A stretch of DNA of 64,000 bases from Phoronis australis (Eukaryota; Animalia; Phoronida). Both the position numbers and the translations under genes were made by a program. The notes under the pieces were generated by a model that did no database searches, had not been told where the DNA came from, and saw nothing but the letters and a program-made list of their open reading frames with translations. The stretch's first letter is position 1; each line of letters starts with the position of its first letter. This document shows positions 24,049 to 36,732 of this stretch, piece after piece. The DNA lies in assembly GCA_002633005.1 (NCBI GenBank), contig NMRA01000562.1:187161-251160 (forward strand). The letters run 5' to 3'.

Positions 24049-25589
24049 CATTTCCAGAGATGTAAACAACCAGATAAAAAAATTGTCAAGTCTTCATGTA
24101 CGTTTGCAAAATGTCAAAGGTCCACCCTCCTAGAAATTCGAACCGCCCCCCATCCACGAGGGCGGGGGTCTGCTCAAGAAAGCACAGCATCACGCAAGAC
24201 AGCGAACGGTGTGTGCTTCAAGAAAATGCTCGGAACTTCAATAGAGTAAGCTAGTAAAATTGCAACAAAAAATGGACGATGAAGGCTGGGCGGGTAGTTC
24301 TTTTTACAAAGACGACAATAGATGAATCTATAAAACTTTTCAAATCTTCACATCAGCATCCGTTCTCAAACTAACGTTTGCATTGCGTTGCGTGTGACGT
24401 CACGACAAGAGTTGGTGATTAGACCCCATTACATCAAAAGTTAAGTGTTGCACGACCGGTGTGACAGCAATACAGAATATACGAGCTGAGCGCGACCATA
24501 CTCATTGGTCTCTCAGAGGGTGTGGTTGTTTACAAAAGCTGAGAATCTAACTCATTTCAAATTTCCCTTTAGCATAGGCCTACCAAATTGGTTTGCACCT
24601 ATACAAGGTATTTCACTGGAAACGACGTCGTCAAACATTATGGCTTTTTATATTCCGCTTACTTTTAGACGCCCAGAACGACGTGGTTGGGATTGCGTGG
24701 GGATGGCGTGGGGATGGCCGGGTGTCGGATGACGTCATTTGTCCCTGTGTTATTTCCGTTTTAGGTAGACAACAGAAAGAGTTGCCCTTTTAATAGCATT
24801 GTTTCAGGCCACAATCAACGAATTACACTCGTCCAAAAATTTACTGGACACTTCTGACATTCCACTGTCATGCCCTGTCCATCAAATCTCCATACCAATT
24901 TGATCCTTTGCAAACCGGGACCTTAAGAGTCCTCTTGAAAATTCTTAAGCCCTGTTCCTGAAGCTGTGAAACGGCTCTGCTTATATCAGTGATTTTGTGA
25001 AGTTTGTTTTTCAATTTTTATTTTTCTTAAGCTATGGTCTCTCATCAGGGAACAGAAAACGACATATTAATCAAATTTCCAGTAATTTCCTGCCATATTG
25101 TCCATTATTCAATTTACTGGGAAATACAAACAAGGAAAAGAGACTTGTCGCGGCTCAGGCTTAGACTGACCTCAAGTGCGCATGTGCAGTGCCTTCAGAG
25201 GACCTCATCTGTCTGTGGGAGATGTGTTCAAACACGTCGCACCCACTTGTGTAAGGCCATACTCCGTACCGTGGCAATTTCCGCATGAGTTGTTCAGGCC
25301 CTACCGAAGGAGTGTCATTTTTGTGGATCTCATGTGTTTTGAAAGAATGCAGGCATTGTGTGTAATTTATTTTCTTTTTTTCACGCTCAGTTGGTCGAGT
25401 ACTGAGGGGCCTCCCGATTGACACACGTATGCGGCACCCAGTGCTTGTTAGTACACCATTTCATTGTTTATTGCTATGACCATCTTCGGGTTAGGTCGGT
25501 CTCAATGTACAACTGTGTGCGCGGGGTCTATAAGACGGAAAGTGAGCGTCGGCACAGTAGTTGACATACATTAAATGACTCATTCGCAA

Positions 25590-26905
25590 GGAATGCTAAA
25601 GCCCTATGGGATTTGTGTTGCAGTTAAGCAAGTTAAACCTCTCCGCTACCTGTTACCCTTCCGAACACGAGAGACACCTACCACTGTGCTTGTGCTGTAT
25701 ACAACGTGCCTTGCTCTAGCTGTGATCCGGTATACTTCGGAGAGACTGGTCGAAAACTGGGTACACACATTTCTGAAGACAGAAAAAATTGGAGTTAGAG
25801 AGCTCCAGTCATTTTTGACGTAGTCGGAGTAGCGCTTCTGGGCAAACTATTCCCAAATTTCGTATTACTGACCATGTCATTTAAATCATAGGCGTATTTA
25901 GGGGGGGGCCAGGGGGCCCGGGCCCCCCCCNNNNNNNNNNNNNNNNNNNNNNNNNNNNNNNNNNNNNNNNNNNNNNNNNNNNNNNNNNNNNNNNNNNNNN
26001 NNNNNNNNNNNNNNNNNNNNNNNNNNNNNNNNNNNNNNNNNNNNNNNNNNNNNNNNNNNNNNNNNNNNNNNNNNNNNNNNNNNNNNNNNNNNNNNNNNNN
26101 NNNNNNNNNNNNNNNNNNNNNNNNNNNNNNNNNNNNNNNNNNNNNNNNNNNNNNNNNNNNNNNNNNNNNNNNNNNNNNNNNNNNNNNNNNNNNNNNNNNN
26201 NNNNNNNNNNNNNNNNNNNNNNNNNNNNNNNNNNNNNNNNNNNNNNNNNNNNNNNNNNNNNNNNNNNNNNNNNNNNNNNNNNNNNNNNNNNNNNNNNNNN
26301 NNNNNNNNNNNNNNNNNNNNNNNNNNNNNNNNNNNNNNNNNNNNNNNNNNNNNNNNNNNNNNNNNNNNNNNNNNNNNNNNNNNNNNNNNNNNNNNNNNNN
26401 NNNNNNNNNNNNNNNNNNNNNNNNNNNNNNNNNNNNNNNNNNNNNNNNNNNNNNNNNNNNNNNNNNNNNNNNNNNNNNNNNNNNNNNNNNNNNNNNNNNN
26501 NNNNNNNNNNNNNNNNNNNNNNNNNNNNNNNNNNNNNNNNNNNNNNNNNNNNNNNNNNNNNNNNNNNNNNNNNNNNNNNNNNNNNNNNNNNNNNNNNGAC
26601 CTCCCCCCATTCGATGCGCATCTACAATCGTGGTTCAGTTTGCGCAAATGCTTACAGCCGGACAAAATGTTGGGCCCCCCCTTGTGATATCCTAGATCCG
26701 CCACTGTAAATAATCATATTATTGGCCTGGAAAATGTATCCATCTGAAAAGAGATTCAATAGACTCCCAGATGGATCGGATTGTCTGTTCAGGAAAGCTG
26801 GTAAACGTTGCATGAATAGGGACTCGGAAGAACTCTACCCGAAACAATCGTTTGAGCATGGATGGTGATGAGTGGATCCGAAAACGTTCACGGGCACTGT
26901 AATAA
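25590..26905 (+). mobile_element. Penelope-like GIY-YIG fragment (interrupted by a MITE)
   Basis: AVYNVPCSSCDPVYFGETGRKLGTHIS at about 25697, then ITDHV..NHII and MNRDS, then a GAAAACGTT motif and AATAAA. Confidence 0.8.
25887..26706. mobile_element. MITE family B ends (assembly gap inside)
   Basis: CATAGGCGTATTTAG ... CTAGATCCGCCACTG with TSD TAAAT. The empty site catgtcatt-TAAAT-aatcat is present at about 31001-31020. Confidence 0.85.
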
Positions 26906-27708
26906 AATTTGCATCAACAGAATATTAAGAATTGCAAAGCCTTTTTGTTGTTTACTGTAACACTAACCCAAGGGGTACTTCAAATGCAACGCTGATTTAA
27001 TTCCTCACCAGATGTTCCGCTCAGATGCAAGGGTTATTACAGCCAGAATCCTTCGCAAAAGGCGCACTTTACGCATTTACAAAGGATACTTTAGTTATCT
27101 CATTTGTTTTGGCCAAAATATGAGTAAGAACTTTAAAATCAGCGCATATGTAAACAACAACATTCAGTTACATGTACCTATCACGGCCCTGAAAGGAATT
27201 ACATACAATTCAAAAGCGAGGTAACAAACATGGTACCGTCAAAGAAATTTTGTTCCAACTAGGGCTTCTTGGCTTAGAAAGAACTGTAAAATTCATTTGT
27301 ACTGAACACCGTTTTCCGCGACATTCCCAAACTGAGGAACTTACTGAGCCTGGTCTCAACTGACCAGTACTAAAGTTTGAGAGAAAGGTAGTTGGTTCCA
27401 AGCCATACATTGTCAGTGTCAGAATCAATATTGATTAAATGATTAGTAAGAATAGATCCATTTTAAGTAGCCCATAATTTGTGCATGTGTACTTTTAAAT
27501 CATGGGGTCAGACTTGTTGACATGTACTTTAACGTCAAAATCTATTTTTAAATGGTGTTTACAACTTTGGGTTCTGGGGTCAAAGTACTCTAGAGATTCT
27601 AGAGGATTCTGAGAACAAACTGTAGCAGCCAAAGATATGATTGGATATGATCATGTGGTTTTTATTAACCAATCACTAAATAAGTAGAATATTATAATAT
27701 GGGCTTAA

Positions 27709-29044
27709 AGGCGAAGGCAACCTTTTTTCATGTCATTTTTAGAAAAAAATAATGTTCGTTGATTATCCCAGACATATTTTTCATTTATTTACTGTTTTTC
27801 GTAATTTAATTAATTACTCGTCGTCTACTCCGGAAGTGACGTTTTGGGAGGCAAGAATTTCGCGCCAATTTCTTTTCATATAGTCTGACTGTTAGAGCAG
27901 TCGAGTCAGTCATTGTTTTACCTCGGTTGTGATAAGTTCGGTCGTCGTTTGCTTTTGCTTTCGAGTCAGTCAACATGCCACGCTGTTGCTGCTACTGGGG
28001 TGTACTCATTATCGTCTCACGTACAGAGGAAGAACTGTCCCACTTGCCCGAGTGTCCCGCGACACACTCCCACTGGAGGGTGATCTGAGCACCCAAACTG
28101 CTTACATCCCGCCGTGTGACTCCCTCGTCACACACCTGGCACCTTCCAAATAGCTCCAATACAAGTCCACAATAAACTTATCAAACTTAGGCTCACCGGT
28201 CTGTTCATTGGATGACGAACTGTCCTCTTCGCTGGGTGTCGAACTGGGTCTGTATTCACTACCACTACTCAACATCGTTGCAGGGCTGCTTACAGGCTCT
28301 GCCGGGATAAGAGACAACAAGACAGGGCGAATCACTACTAGTTCCCGGAATTGCACGCAATGTGGTACGTTCGGAGGCACGGGTGACAGTAGATGAAGTG
28401 CTTTCAGTCACTGTACATAGTGGGCACAGCTCGCGAGGCTTCTCGCTTCAAAAACGCACTTCTCGGGGTTGGCGACGGGACACTGCTGGGAATCAACAGC
28501 GACGGTATGGTACCCTTCTTCAGGCGTTGTTTCGCATGGATATTCATCAATTCAGCGTACACATCTTTGTCGTAATCTGACTGCAGAAAATGCTTGCCAC
28601 ACACTCGGTAACCCTCCACTGCTTTGTACGTTGCGTGGACGGGTGGCGCTGCGTTCTTCGCATGAACGAGCTAGCCAAGTACGGTGAAGTGTGTCATCCT
28701 TCAGAAAGCGACGCAAGGTGCCCAAAGAGCGTGTGAGACGACATTGAGTACATCCCGGCACGCAGCAACAGCGTGGCATGTTGACTGACTTGTAAACGAA
28801 AGCAAACGACGATCGAACTTATCACAACCGAGGTAGAACAATGACTGACTCGACAGCTCTCACAGTCAGAATATAATGAAAAGAAATTGGCGCGAAACTC
28901 TTGCCTCCTAAAACGTCACTTCCGGAGTGGAGGACGAGAAATTAAACAAAATACGAAAAGATGTAATTAAGTGAAAAATGTGTTTGGGATAATCGACGAA
29001 CCTTATTTTTGCTAAAAGGGACATGAAAAAGGTTGCCTTCGCCT
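27709..29044 (-). mobile_element. Non-autonomous Kolobok (family 2) with ~310-bp TIRs
   Basis: TTAA|AGGCGAAGGCAACC ... GGTTGCCTTCGCCT|TTAA (TTAA TSD, RR termini). Contains a THAP remnant and is absent from the duplicate copy. Confidence 0.9.
28404..28779 (-). pseudogene. THAP zinc-finger domain (Kolobok transposase N-terminus), one frameshift
   Basis: MPRCCCVPGC...FLKDDTLHRTW /frameshift/ EGYRVCGKHFLQSDY...RLKKGTIPSL: the C2CH THAP signature with an AVPTIF-box equivalent. No DDE domain follows. Confidence 0.9.
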
Positions 29045-29457
29045 TTAAGTCAACAAGGTATTCAGATGCGCTATATAATAGTAGTTGAAGCATAGACTCT
29101 ATTCACGCGGCGGACATTAAAATCCAAAGCGAGGCTCACTGCGATACACAAAGCGGAAATTTACATTGCGTGAGTTAAATGGCCGGTCTTTGGAGTCCAA
29201 CCTGAATATTAAATCTTAAAAAATGTGTCAATAATTAACCACAGAGACGTAGAAAAATACAGTTAAAGAACAAGTCAATGCATCAAAGAGTTGTCTGACG
29301 AAAGGATATAGGTTTTTTCCGGAAAACTAGGTTCGAAACATCAAACGTAAACATGACCAAATTGCGGCGATCGTAGTGTTACGGATTANTTTGCTCAAAA
29401 TATAATGTTTCTTTAATATTTTTTCACTTAAGAGTTGGTTCATTATCAATGTCATTC

Positions 29458-32055
29458 GGCTGGGCGGGTAGTTCTTTTTACAAAGACGACAATAGATGAA
29501 TCTATAAAACTTTTCAAATCTTCACATCAGCATCCGTTCTCAAACTAACGTTTGCATTGCGTTGCGTGTGACGTCACGACAAGAGTTGGTGATTAGACCC
29601 CATTACATCAAAAGTTAAGTGTTGCACGACCGGTGTGACAGCAATACAGAATATACGAGCTGAGCGCGACCATACTCATTGGTCTCTCAGAGGGTGTGGT
29701 TGTTTACAAAAGCTGAGAATCTAACTCATTTCAAATTTCCCTTTAGCATAGGCCTACCAAATTGGTTTGCACCTATACAAGGTATTTCACTGGAAACGAC
29801 GTCGTCAAACATTATGGCTTTTTATATTCCGCTTACTTTTAGACGCCCAGAACGACGTGGTTGGGATTGCGTGGGGATGGCGTGGGGATGGCCGGGTGTC
29901 GGATGACGTCATTTGTCCCTGTGTTATTTCCGTTTTAGGTAGACAACAGAAAGAGTTGCCCTTTTAATAGCATTGTTTCAGGCCACAATCAACGAATTAC
30001 ACTCGTCCAAAAATTTACTGGACACTTCTGACATTCCACTGTCATGCCCTGCCCATAAAATCTCCATACCAATTTGATCCTTTGCAAACCGGGACCTTAA
30101 GAGTCCTCTTGAAAATTCTTAAGCACTGTTCCTGAAGCTGTGAAACGACTCTGCTTATATCAGTGATTTTGTGAAGTTTGTTTTTCAATTATTGTTTTTC
30201 TTAAACCATGGTCTCTCATCAGGCAACAGAAAACGACATATTAATCAAATTTCCAGTAATTTCCTGCCATATTGTCCATTATTCAATTTACTGGGAAATA
30301 CAAACAAGGAAAAGAGACTTGTCGCGGCTCAGGCTGAGACTGACCTCAAGTGCGCATGTGCAGTTCCTTGAGAGGACCTCATCTGTCTGTGGGAGATGTG
30401 TTCAAACACGTCGCGCCCACTTGTGTAAGGCCATACTCCGTAACGTGGCAATTTCCGCATGCGTTGTTCAAGCCCTACCAAAGGAATGTCATTTTTGTGG
30501 ATCTCATGTGTTTTGTCGCGTACTGAGGGGCCTCCCGATTGACACACGTATGCGGCACCCAGTGCTTGTTAGTACACCATTTCATTGTATATTGCTATGA
30601 GCATCTTCGGGTTAGGTCGGTCTCAGTGTACAACTGTGCGCGGGGTCTATACTATTCTTACGACGGAAAGTGAGCGTCGGCACAGTAGTTGACATACAAT
30701 AAATGACTCATTCGCAGGGAATGCTAAAGCCCTAGGGGATTTGTGTTGCAGTTAAGCAAGTTAAACCTCTCCGCTACCTGTTACCCTTCCGAACACGAGA
30801 GACACCTACCACTGTGCTTGTGCTGTATACAACGTGCCTTGCTCTAGCTGTGATCCGGTATACTTCGGAGAAACTGCTCGAAAACTGGGTACACACATTT
30901 CTGAAGACAGAAAAAATTGGAGTTAGAGAGCTCCAGTCATTTTTCACGAAGTCGGAGTAGCGCTTCTGGGCAAACTATTCCCAAATTTGCCATTACTGAC
31001 CATGTCATTTAAATAATCATATTATCGACCTGGAAAATGATCCATCTGAAAAGAGATTCCAATAGACTCCCAGATGGATCGGATTGTCTGTTCAGGAAAG
31101 CTGGTAAACGTTGCATGAATAGGGACTCGGAAGAACTCTACCCGAAACAATCGTTTGAGCATGGATGATGATGAGTGGATCCGAAAACGTTCACGGGTAC
31201 TGTAATAAAATTTGCATCAACAGAATATTAAGAAATGCAAGGCCTTTTTGTTGTTTACTGTAACACTAACCCAAGGGGCACTTCAAATGCAACGCTGATT
31301 TAATTCCTCACCAGATGTTCCGCTCAGATGCAAGGGTTATTACAGCCAGAATCCTTCGCAAAAGGCGCACTTTACGCATTTACAAAGGATACTTTAGTTA
31401 TCTCATTTGTTTTTGGCCAAAATATGAGTAGGAACTAAAATCAGCGCATATGTAAACAACGACATTGTTACCTATCACGGCCCTGAAAGGAATTACATAC
31501 AATTCAAAAGCGAGGTAACAAACATGGCACCGTCAAAGAAATTTTGTTCCAACTAGGGCTTCTTGGCTTAGAAAGAACTGTAAAAGTTCATTTGTACTGA
31601 ACACCGTTTTCCGCGACATTCCCAAACTGAGGAACTTACTGAGCCTGGCCTCAACTGACCAATACTAAACTTTGAAAGAAAGGTTAGTTGGTTCCAAGCC
31701 ATACATTGTCAGTGTCAGAATAAATTTTGATTAAGTAATTAGTAAGAATAGATCCATTTTAAGTAGCCCATAATTTGTGCATGTATACTTTTAAATCATG
31801 GGGTCAGACTTGTTGACACGTACTTTAACTTCAAAATCTATTTTTAAATGGTGTTCACAACTTTGGGTTCTGGGGTCAAAGTCACGGTACTCTAGATATT
31901 CTAGAGGATTCTGAGAACAAACTGTAGCAGCCAATGATGTGATGGGATATGATCATGTGGTTTTTATTAACTAATCGCTAAATAAGTAGAATATTATAAT
32001 ATGGGTTTTGAAAAGTCAACAAGATATTCAGATGCGCAATAGTAGTTGAAGCATA
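29458..32055. repeat. Duplicated segment, copy 2 (empty sites)
   Basis: Lacks both the 25887-26706 MITE and the 27709-29044 Kolobok. Confidence 0.95.
30720..31210 (+). mobile_element. Penelope-like GIY-YIG fragment (uninterrupted duplicate)
   Basis: VYNVPCSSCDPVYFGETARKLG at about 30825, then AITDHV, NHIIDLEN and MNRDS. Confidence 0.8.
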
Positions 32056-32061
32056 AAGACT

Positions 32062-32631
32062 TGCTACAGTGTACAGAGGAAATGTACGACAGAGCCATCT
32101 CGTGGAAGATTCTAGAAAGGATCTTAGCAAGGACAAGGGTTAACGAACAGGAAGTTAACTAAGAGCTTGTCACTTGCATCGTGGGTAGTAAGATACTACC
32201 TGAAGTGTTGCGTCACCAGCCAGAGACTGTGACCAGCAAGAGGAGTCGCGGGTAGAAGAAATTGCCTGCAAGTGTTGCATTACCAGAGACGGTGACCAGC
32301 AAGCACACTGTCGCTATATAGTGCGTTTTGTAGTTCGAAGATCCATCAACAGAACAGTCATCCAACAACTGGAGAGTCCTAGCTTGGATAGCAGATAAGA
32401 CATTTGATTATTTTGGTTGATTGATTAAAGTAATCTTTAAAGAGGGCGCAAGCGTTGTTACTCTTCTTTGTAGTTGATTACTTAATTAACAGCAGGTTTC
32501 ACTTGTCTAATTAGTGCTTGTCTTGAAATAAATTAATTAGTGGGTTTAATTATTCTCTCTCCATCTACGAACGATCTCAAAGCATAGCTACCTTTTAAAC
32601 AAACCCACCGTCAATCGTCTGACGGTTAGCA
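32062..32631 (+). mobile_element. Probable solo LTR
   Basis: TGCTA...TAGCA termini, internal direct repeats (aagtgttgc..accagagac.gtgaccagcaag x2), CTATATAG at about 32315, AATAAA at about 32527 and a terminal hairpin accgtca/tgacggt. No clean TSD. Confidence 0.45.
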
Positions 32632-33197
32632 TAGAATTGTAGACCTAGAATACCTACTCCCGCACGTGACCTGTATACTCTGTTGTTAGCGCTTGCGAAC
32701 CTGAGATTTCACGGTAAATTTTCGGTTGTCAGCTAGACTGAGGTTTTATCGAGTGTTGCAGTTTTTTAAATCAATCTTAATTTAATTGCTTTATTTTCAT
32801 TTTGACAGTTTTGTTCATCAAGTGAGCCTCTTGAGATACGCTTTCAGACAACCAACGGTTTCTCGGCAAAATTAGTCGACAAACCTGACAAATACACTAG
32901 TCATTCGTTATACGCACCGAATCGCAGTCCTGGTTGGATGCGTGAATAATTTGTCCTATGATAACTTTTCACTTCAAGTCTAAGAGCCACTCACGACAAC
33001 CTATCAAACTACGTGTTAGCAGTGTTGCAACAAGATATTTTTAGTGTTAAAGCCATGTTATAGTATTTTACGGACAGATCGGCATTTGGTTTCCACGTTT
33101 TCATTTCGTAATTGTAGATGGAAAGTTTATGCACTACTAAAAAGTGTGTTTAGGTAACTTTCAAAAAACTGTTCGTGTACTTATTTGCGTAGATAAG

Positions 33198-33286
33198 AGT
33201 GTGCGTGCGTTTGTGTGTGTGCGTGTGTACGTGCGTGCGTTTGTGTGCGTGCGTGTGTACGTGCGTGTGCACGCGCGCGTGTGTGT
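33198..33286. repeat. (GT/GC)n compound microsatellite
   Basis: gtgcgtgcgtttgtgtgtgtgcgtgtgtac... Confidence 0.9.
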
Positions 33287-34239
33287 CATTACTCTTTTCA
33301 TTTGTTTCTATAATAATTCGTTTGTGCAATGTTTACCTGTCTCCCAGGTCAAACTAATTACATGTATATATAAATACGTATAATTTTAGATGAATGCCTG
33401 ACTAACTAGAAACGGCGGTGTGACGTCTGCGTGAGTGTGTGACGCGACTCCGGTATATTCAATCAAGCCATTGTTTTGTTGATCTCGGAATTTTGTTTCA
33501 TGGGTAACAAACGTATAGAAAGTTATTAGTGGCAGTGAACAGTTAGACCGTAGCCTCTGCCAATGTGCAGTGCCAAAAATGTAAATTCTTGGGGTTGGCC
33601 ACGCTTGGGGGAAATTTTGAGGTAGGCGTTGCGTGCAGGCTCAGTGAATCTGGTTTGTTTGCATTTAGTTTGTTGGGAATGAGAAAAGGCCGCTTGTTCG
33701 GCGGTAGATGCACTCTTCTTAAAGATGGCGGCCCCATGGTGTTGTTGTGCATTGCTGACGAGCGACTGAGAAATCTGCTGCGATTCCAAGTAGCCCACAA
33801 AGCAAGCTGAATTGCAAAAAATAGTTGGTTGACAGTACTTGTGGACCACATTTTTGGTATATGTAGGAACTTTTTTTTCAAAACCCAACATTGACTTTTG
33901 TCGTGTATCGGTAGGAAAGTGGTGGTTTGGGGTAAAGTTGCATATTTTGTGTTTTTGCCCCTTTCTTTCTTAGCCTATCTTGCTTTTCAGTAGGAGTGAA
34001 AAGGCCGAAAATACAATTCAGAGTAAATTCTGTGCTCATCTTTAGGGCTTGTGATCTGGAATGACTCAAAATTTTTCATTCTTTGCATGCTGTTTTCGAC
34101 CGCGTGAAGGCGACGAGTCCATTGGCGTGTTGTGTTCTGCTAGGAAAAATCTCAGCAAGAACTGTTTGGTGCCACCATTACTTGATGGATATGTTGTCTG
34201 GTGGTCATGTCACTCCTCCTGGTGGCTGTCACGTGGAAC

Positions 34240-34994
34240 GAGGCGTTGCTAGATGGCAGGTGACTCACAACCACTGCATCTGTTTAATTCTGGTTTATTC
34301 CACATAATTGCAACCGATTTTGATATTTTGAGGTCCCAGTAGTTACCCCTTCTAGCTAGTATCTTGACTTTGGGTACAAATAATGTGGGTTGTATCCACG
34401 GTGTTCGTTCACGGTTTACATTCAGGTTCCAGTTAGAAGAGTTAAACTGGTTAAAAATAATCACTGAGAAACCAAAACTGTGCTTATATAGGTCTGTTAT
34501 GAATTGTGTAGAAGAGTATTTACCTCTGCCGGTGTCTCAGAGGTTCGTCATAGCTCGATTGAGAGGAGGTATTCTACCATTAGAGGTTGAGGTGGGGTGT
34601 TACTTCGGAATTCCTGTGAATGGACGGATTTGTCGTGTTTGTAAAAACGGAATTGAAGATGAAGTTCATTTCATTTTTGATTGTGAAAAATGTACTCACA
34701 TTCGACCATATTTTATACGGGATTCTGCCCTACCTCAAATATTCCAAAATAACTTGAAAGGTCTAGCGATATTCATTCAAGACGCTTTGCAGGTTAGAAG
34801 TAATTATTTGTTTATAAACTAGTCTGAAGTGGTCATATTTGAGCGTGTGCAATATGCTATGTAATGGTTTAATTATTATTAGGTGACTGACTACGCCCAT
34901 TGAGGCTGGCGGAGGTGTGGTGAATATTCTGTCTTAGGGATTGTATTTACTGGCACCCTCAGAAATGTCACTGTAATAAATGAATAATAATAAT
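34240..34994 (+). mobile_element. 5'-truncated RTEX-like LINE 3' end
   Basis: ORF 34364-34822 reads KPKL..Y..EEYL..RFVIARLRGGILPLEVEVG..RICRVC..IEDEVHFIFDC (C-terminal CCHC knuckle), followed by a 3' tail AATAAATG(AAT)n. Confidence 0.85.
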
Positions 34995-36111
34995 TCACGG
35001 CTGCAGGGTTGCCAGATAACATATAGTATCCTTTAGCCTTTGGTTTCTAAGTTCTGAGCGGTCTCACCAACACATTTCGTTGTAGTATGTAGTAGCTTTA
35101 TACCACCCTGCACTTTTTGTTGTCACTCGACTTGTCCTTCGGCTTGATCGACACCCGAAGTTTAAGTTAAACAGAGACAGTCGTAATGATTTACGCGGCA
35201 TCTACAAACGACTCCGACCGCGTGACAGCCACCGCCTGTCGTAAACGGGAGATTTGACCCTAGTTCCACGACGAAGAACCCAAGATGTACTCGAAAGTTA
35301 GGTTCTCGAGAAAAACCAGACCATCGAAAGCTAATATTTGTTATTTTAATACAACGAAACGGCGTCAGGTTTGAAGATTCATTCAGCAAAATGCAATTAA
35401 GTTTGAAACTATTTGTCGGGATTGGCTAATGCTAGTTTGTTGAGCCGGAACTTTAAAGTTACGCCTCAACTAAATTGTGTTGATATCCGTTTTATAGAAC
35501 TACAATGAAGTTAGAAAGGTATCTTTAAAGATAAGCGATGTAGTCATTGGCGCCATGAAACAAAGTTTAACCCATAATTGTATGAAAAGAGTCAGTAATG
35601 GTCGGATATAGCGGGCCCGAATTATGAGAACCAATTTCTTCCACTGAATAACGAACATCAAACTGGTTCTCAAAGTAAGGGCACATAATTGCCAAGGCGT
35701 CTGTTCAAAATTACTAGTCTCAGTTTGCATCGAGCCGCATAGCTGAATCAAATACCAATTTAAAAACATAAGACACAAAATATCGTTACTGCTTTGCACT
35801 ATTTTGGCGGAAGCTCTCATTTCCGCTTCGCCTGTTCACAGAATTGTAGCGTAGCTATCAATTTTCTACATGTACTAGAATGCACACGCATTTACCACAT
35901 CCGAAAGTGCCCCAATATCGACGCGATTTAACTGTACTACTGGTGGAGGCAGATTTTTTTCTTGAGCGGAAGACACGTCAGAAATGAGAAAATCTGTGAA
36001 GACAGTGACGCTAACACTTGCAGTGCGTGCTATGTTTGCTTCTATTGAGCATTTGAAGCTCACATAGATGCAAAACATATTGAAAACAAGTCCATGATGA
36101 TTTGTTTTTCG

Positions 36112-36259
36112 CAAGGGCGGATCCAGGACTTTGAGTTGGGGGGCAGGGCAGAGTAATAGCCAAGATTTTGCCAGTCAGACATTCGCACCCCGAACTGCCA
36201 AATGGAAATCTGGAAGAATTTTAGGGGCCCCACTTGCCCCCTCCCTAAGTCCGCAACTG
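36112..36259. mobile_element. MITE family C
   Basis: CAAGGGCGGATCC ... GTCCGCAACTG with flanks TTTCG/TTTCT. Confidence 0.75.
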
Positions 36260-36732
36260 TTTCTAATTGTCGGTTGTTACGACAGCTCGTTTGATAAAGG
36301 GAAAAGATAACACTGATTATTCTACCATCATGTTGCCTAAATCAAAAGTTTAATTTCGACGGAAGGCGTTGGTTTATTGGCTCTATAATTACCTTGGTCT
36401 TTATGTATCAGTATCATTGTTTTTGATCCTAAGACAAGTTTAATAATAGCACAGGTCCACTATTTGCTACAGTATACGTAAAAATCTTAAAAGGTGAGTG
36501 TGGAGGCTACAAAGATTGTTGTAAGTCGAATGTAAAGTTTCCACCAAACATGCAGTCTTGACCAATATTCGAGAAAATGGGGAGTGAACGAACCCGCCCC
36601 AGTCTACAATGCATATTGGTTTGGATAATGCCCTAAACCAACTGTAGGCTTCATACGGCCTCTATGTAGAAAGACTTTTGCTCCTGTATTAATGTTTTAA
36701 GGATATGTTGGACCTTACTTATAAATTATTAA

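Larger units (their letters stand above)
24284..29094. repeat. Duplicated segment, copy 1 (with two extra TE insertions)
   Basis: Collinear with 29458-32055 and near-identical in the first ~550 bp. An N at 29389 lies between the copies. Confidence 0.95.

Noticed and set aside
25795-26704. Long ORFs of 246-271 aa
   Set aside because: Artefacts of translating through the N gap.
33526-33891. Overlapping 112-121-aa ORFs
   Set aside because: No recognisable domain, non-ATG starts, and lengths compatible with chance.
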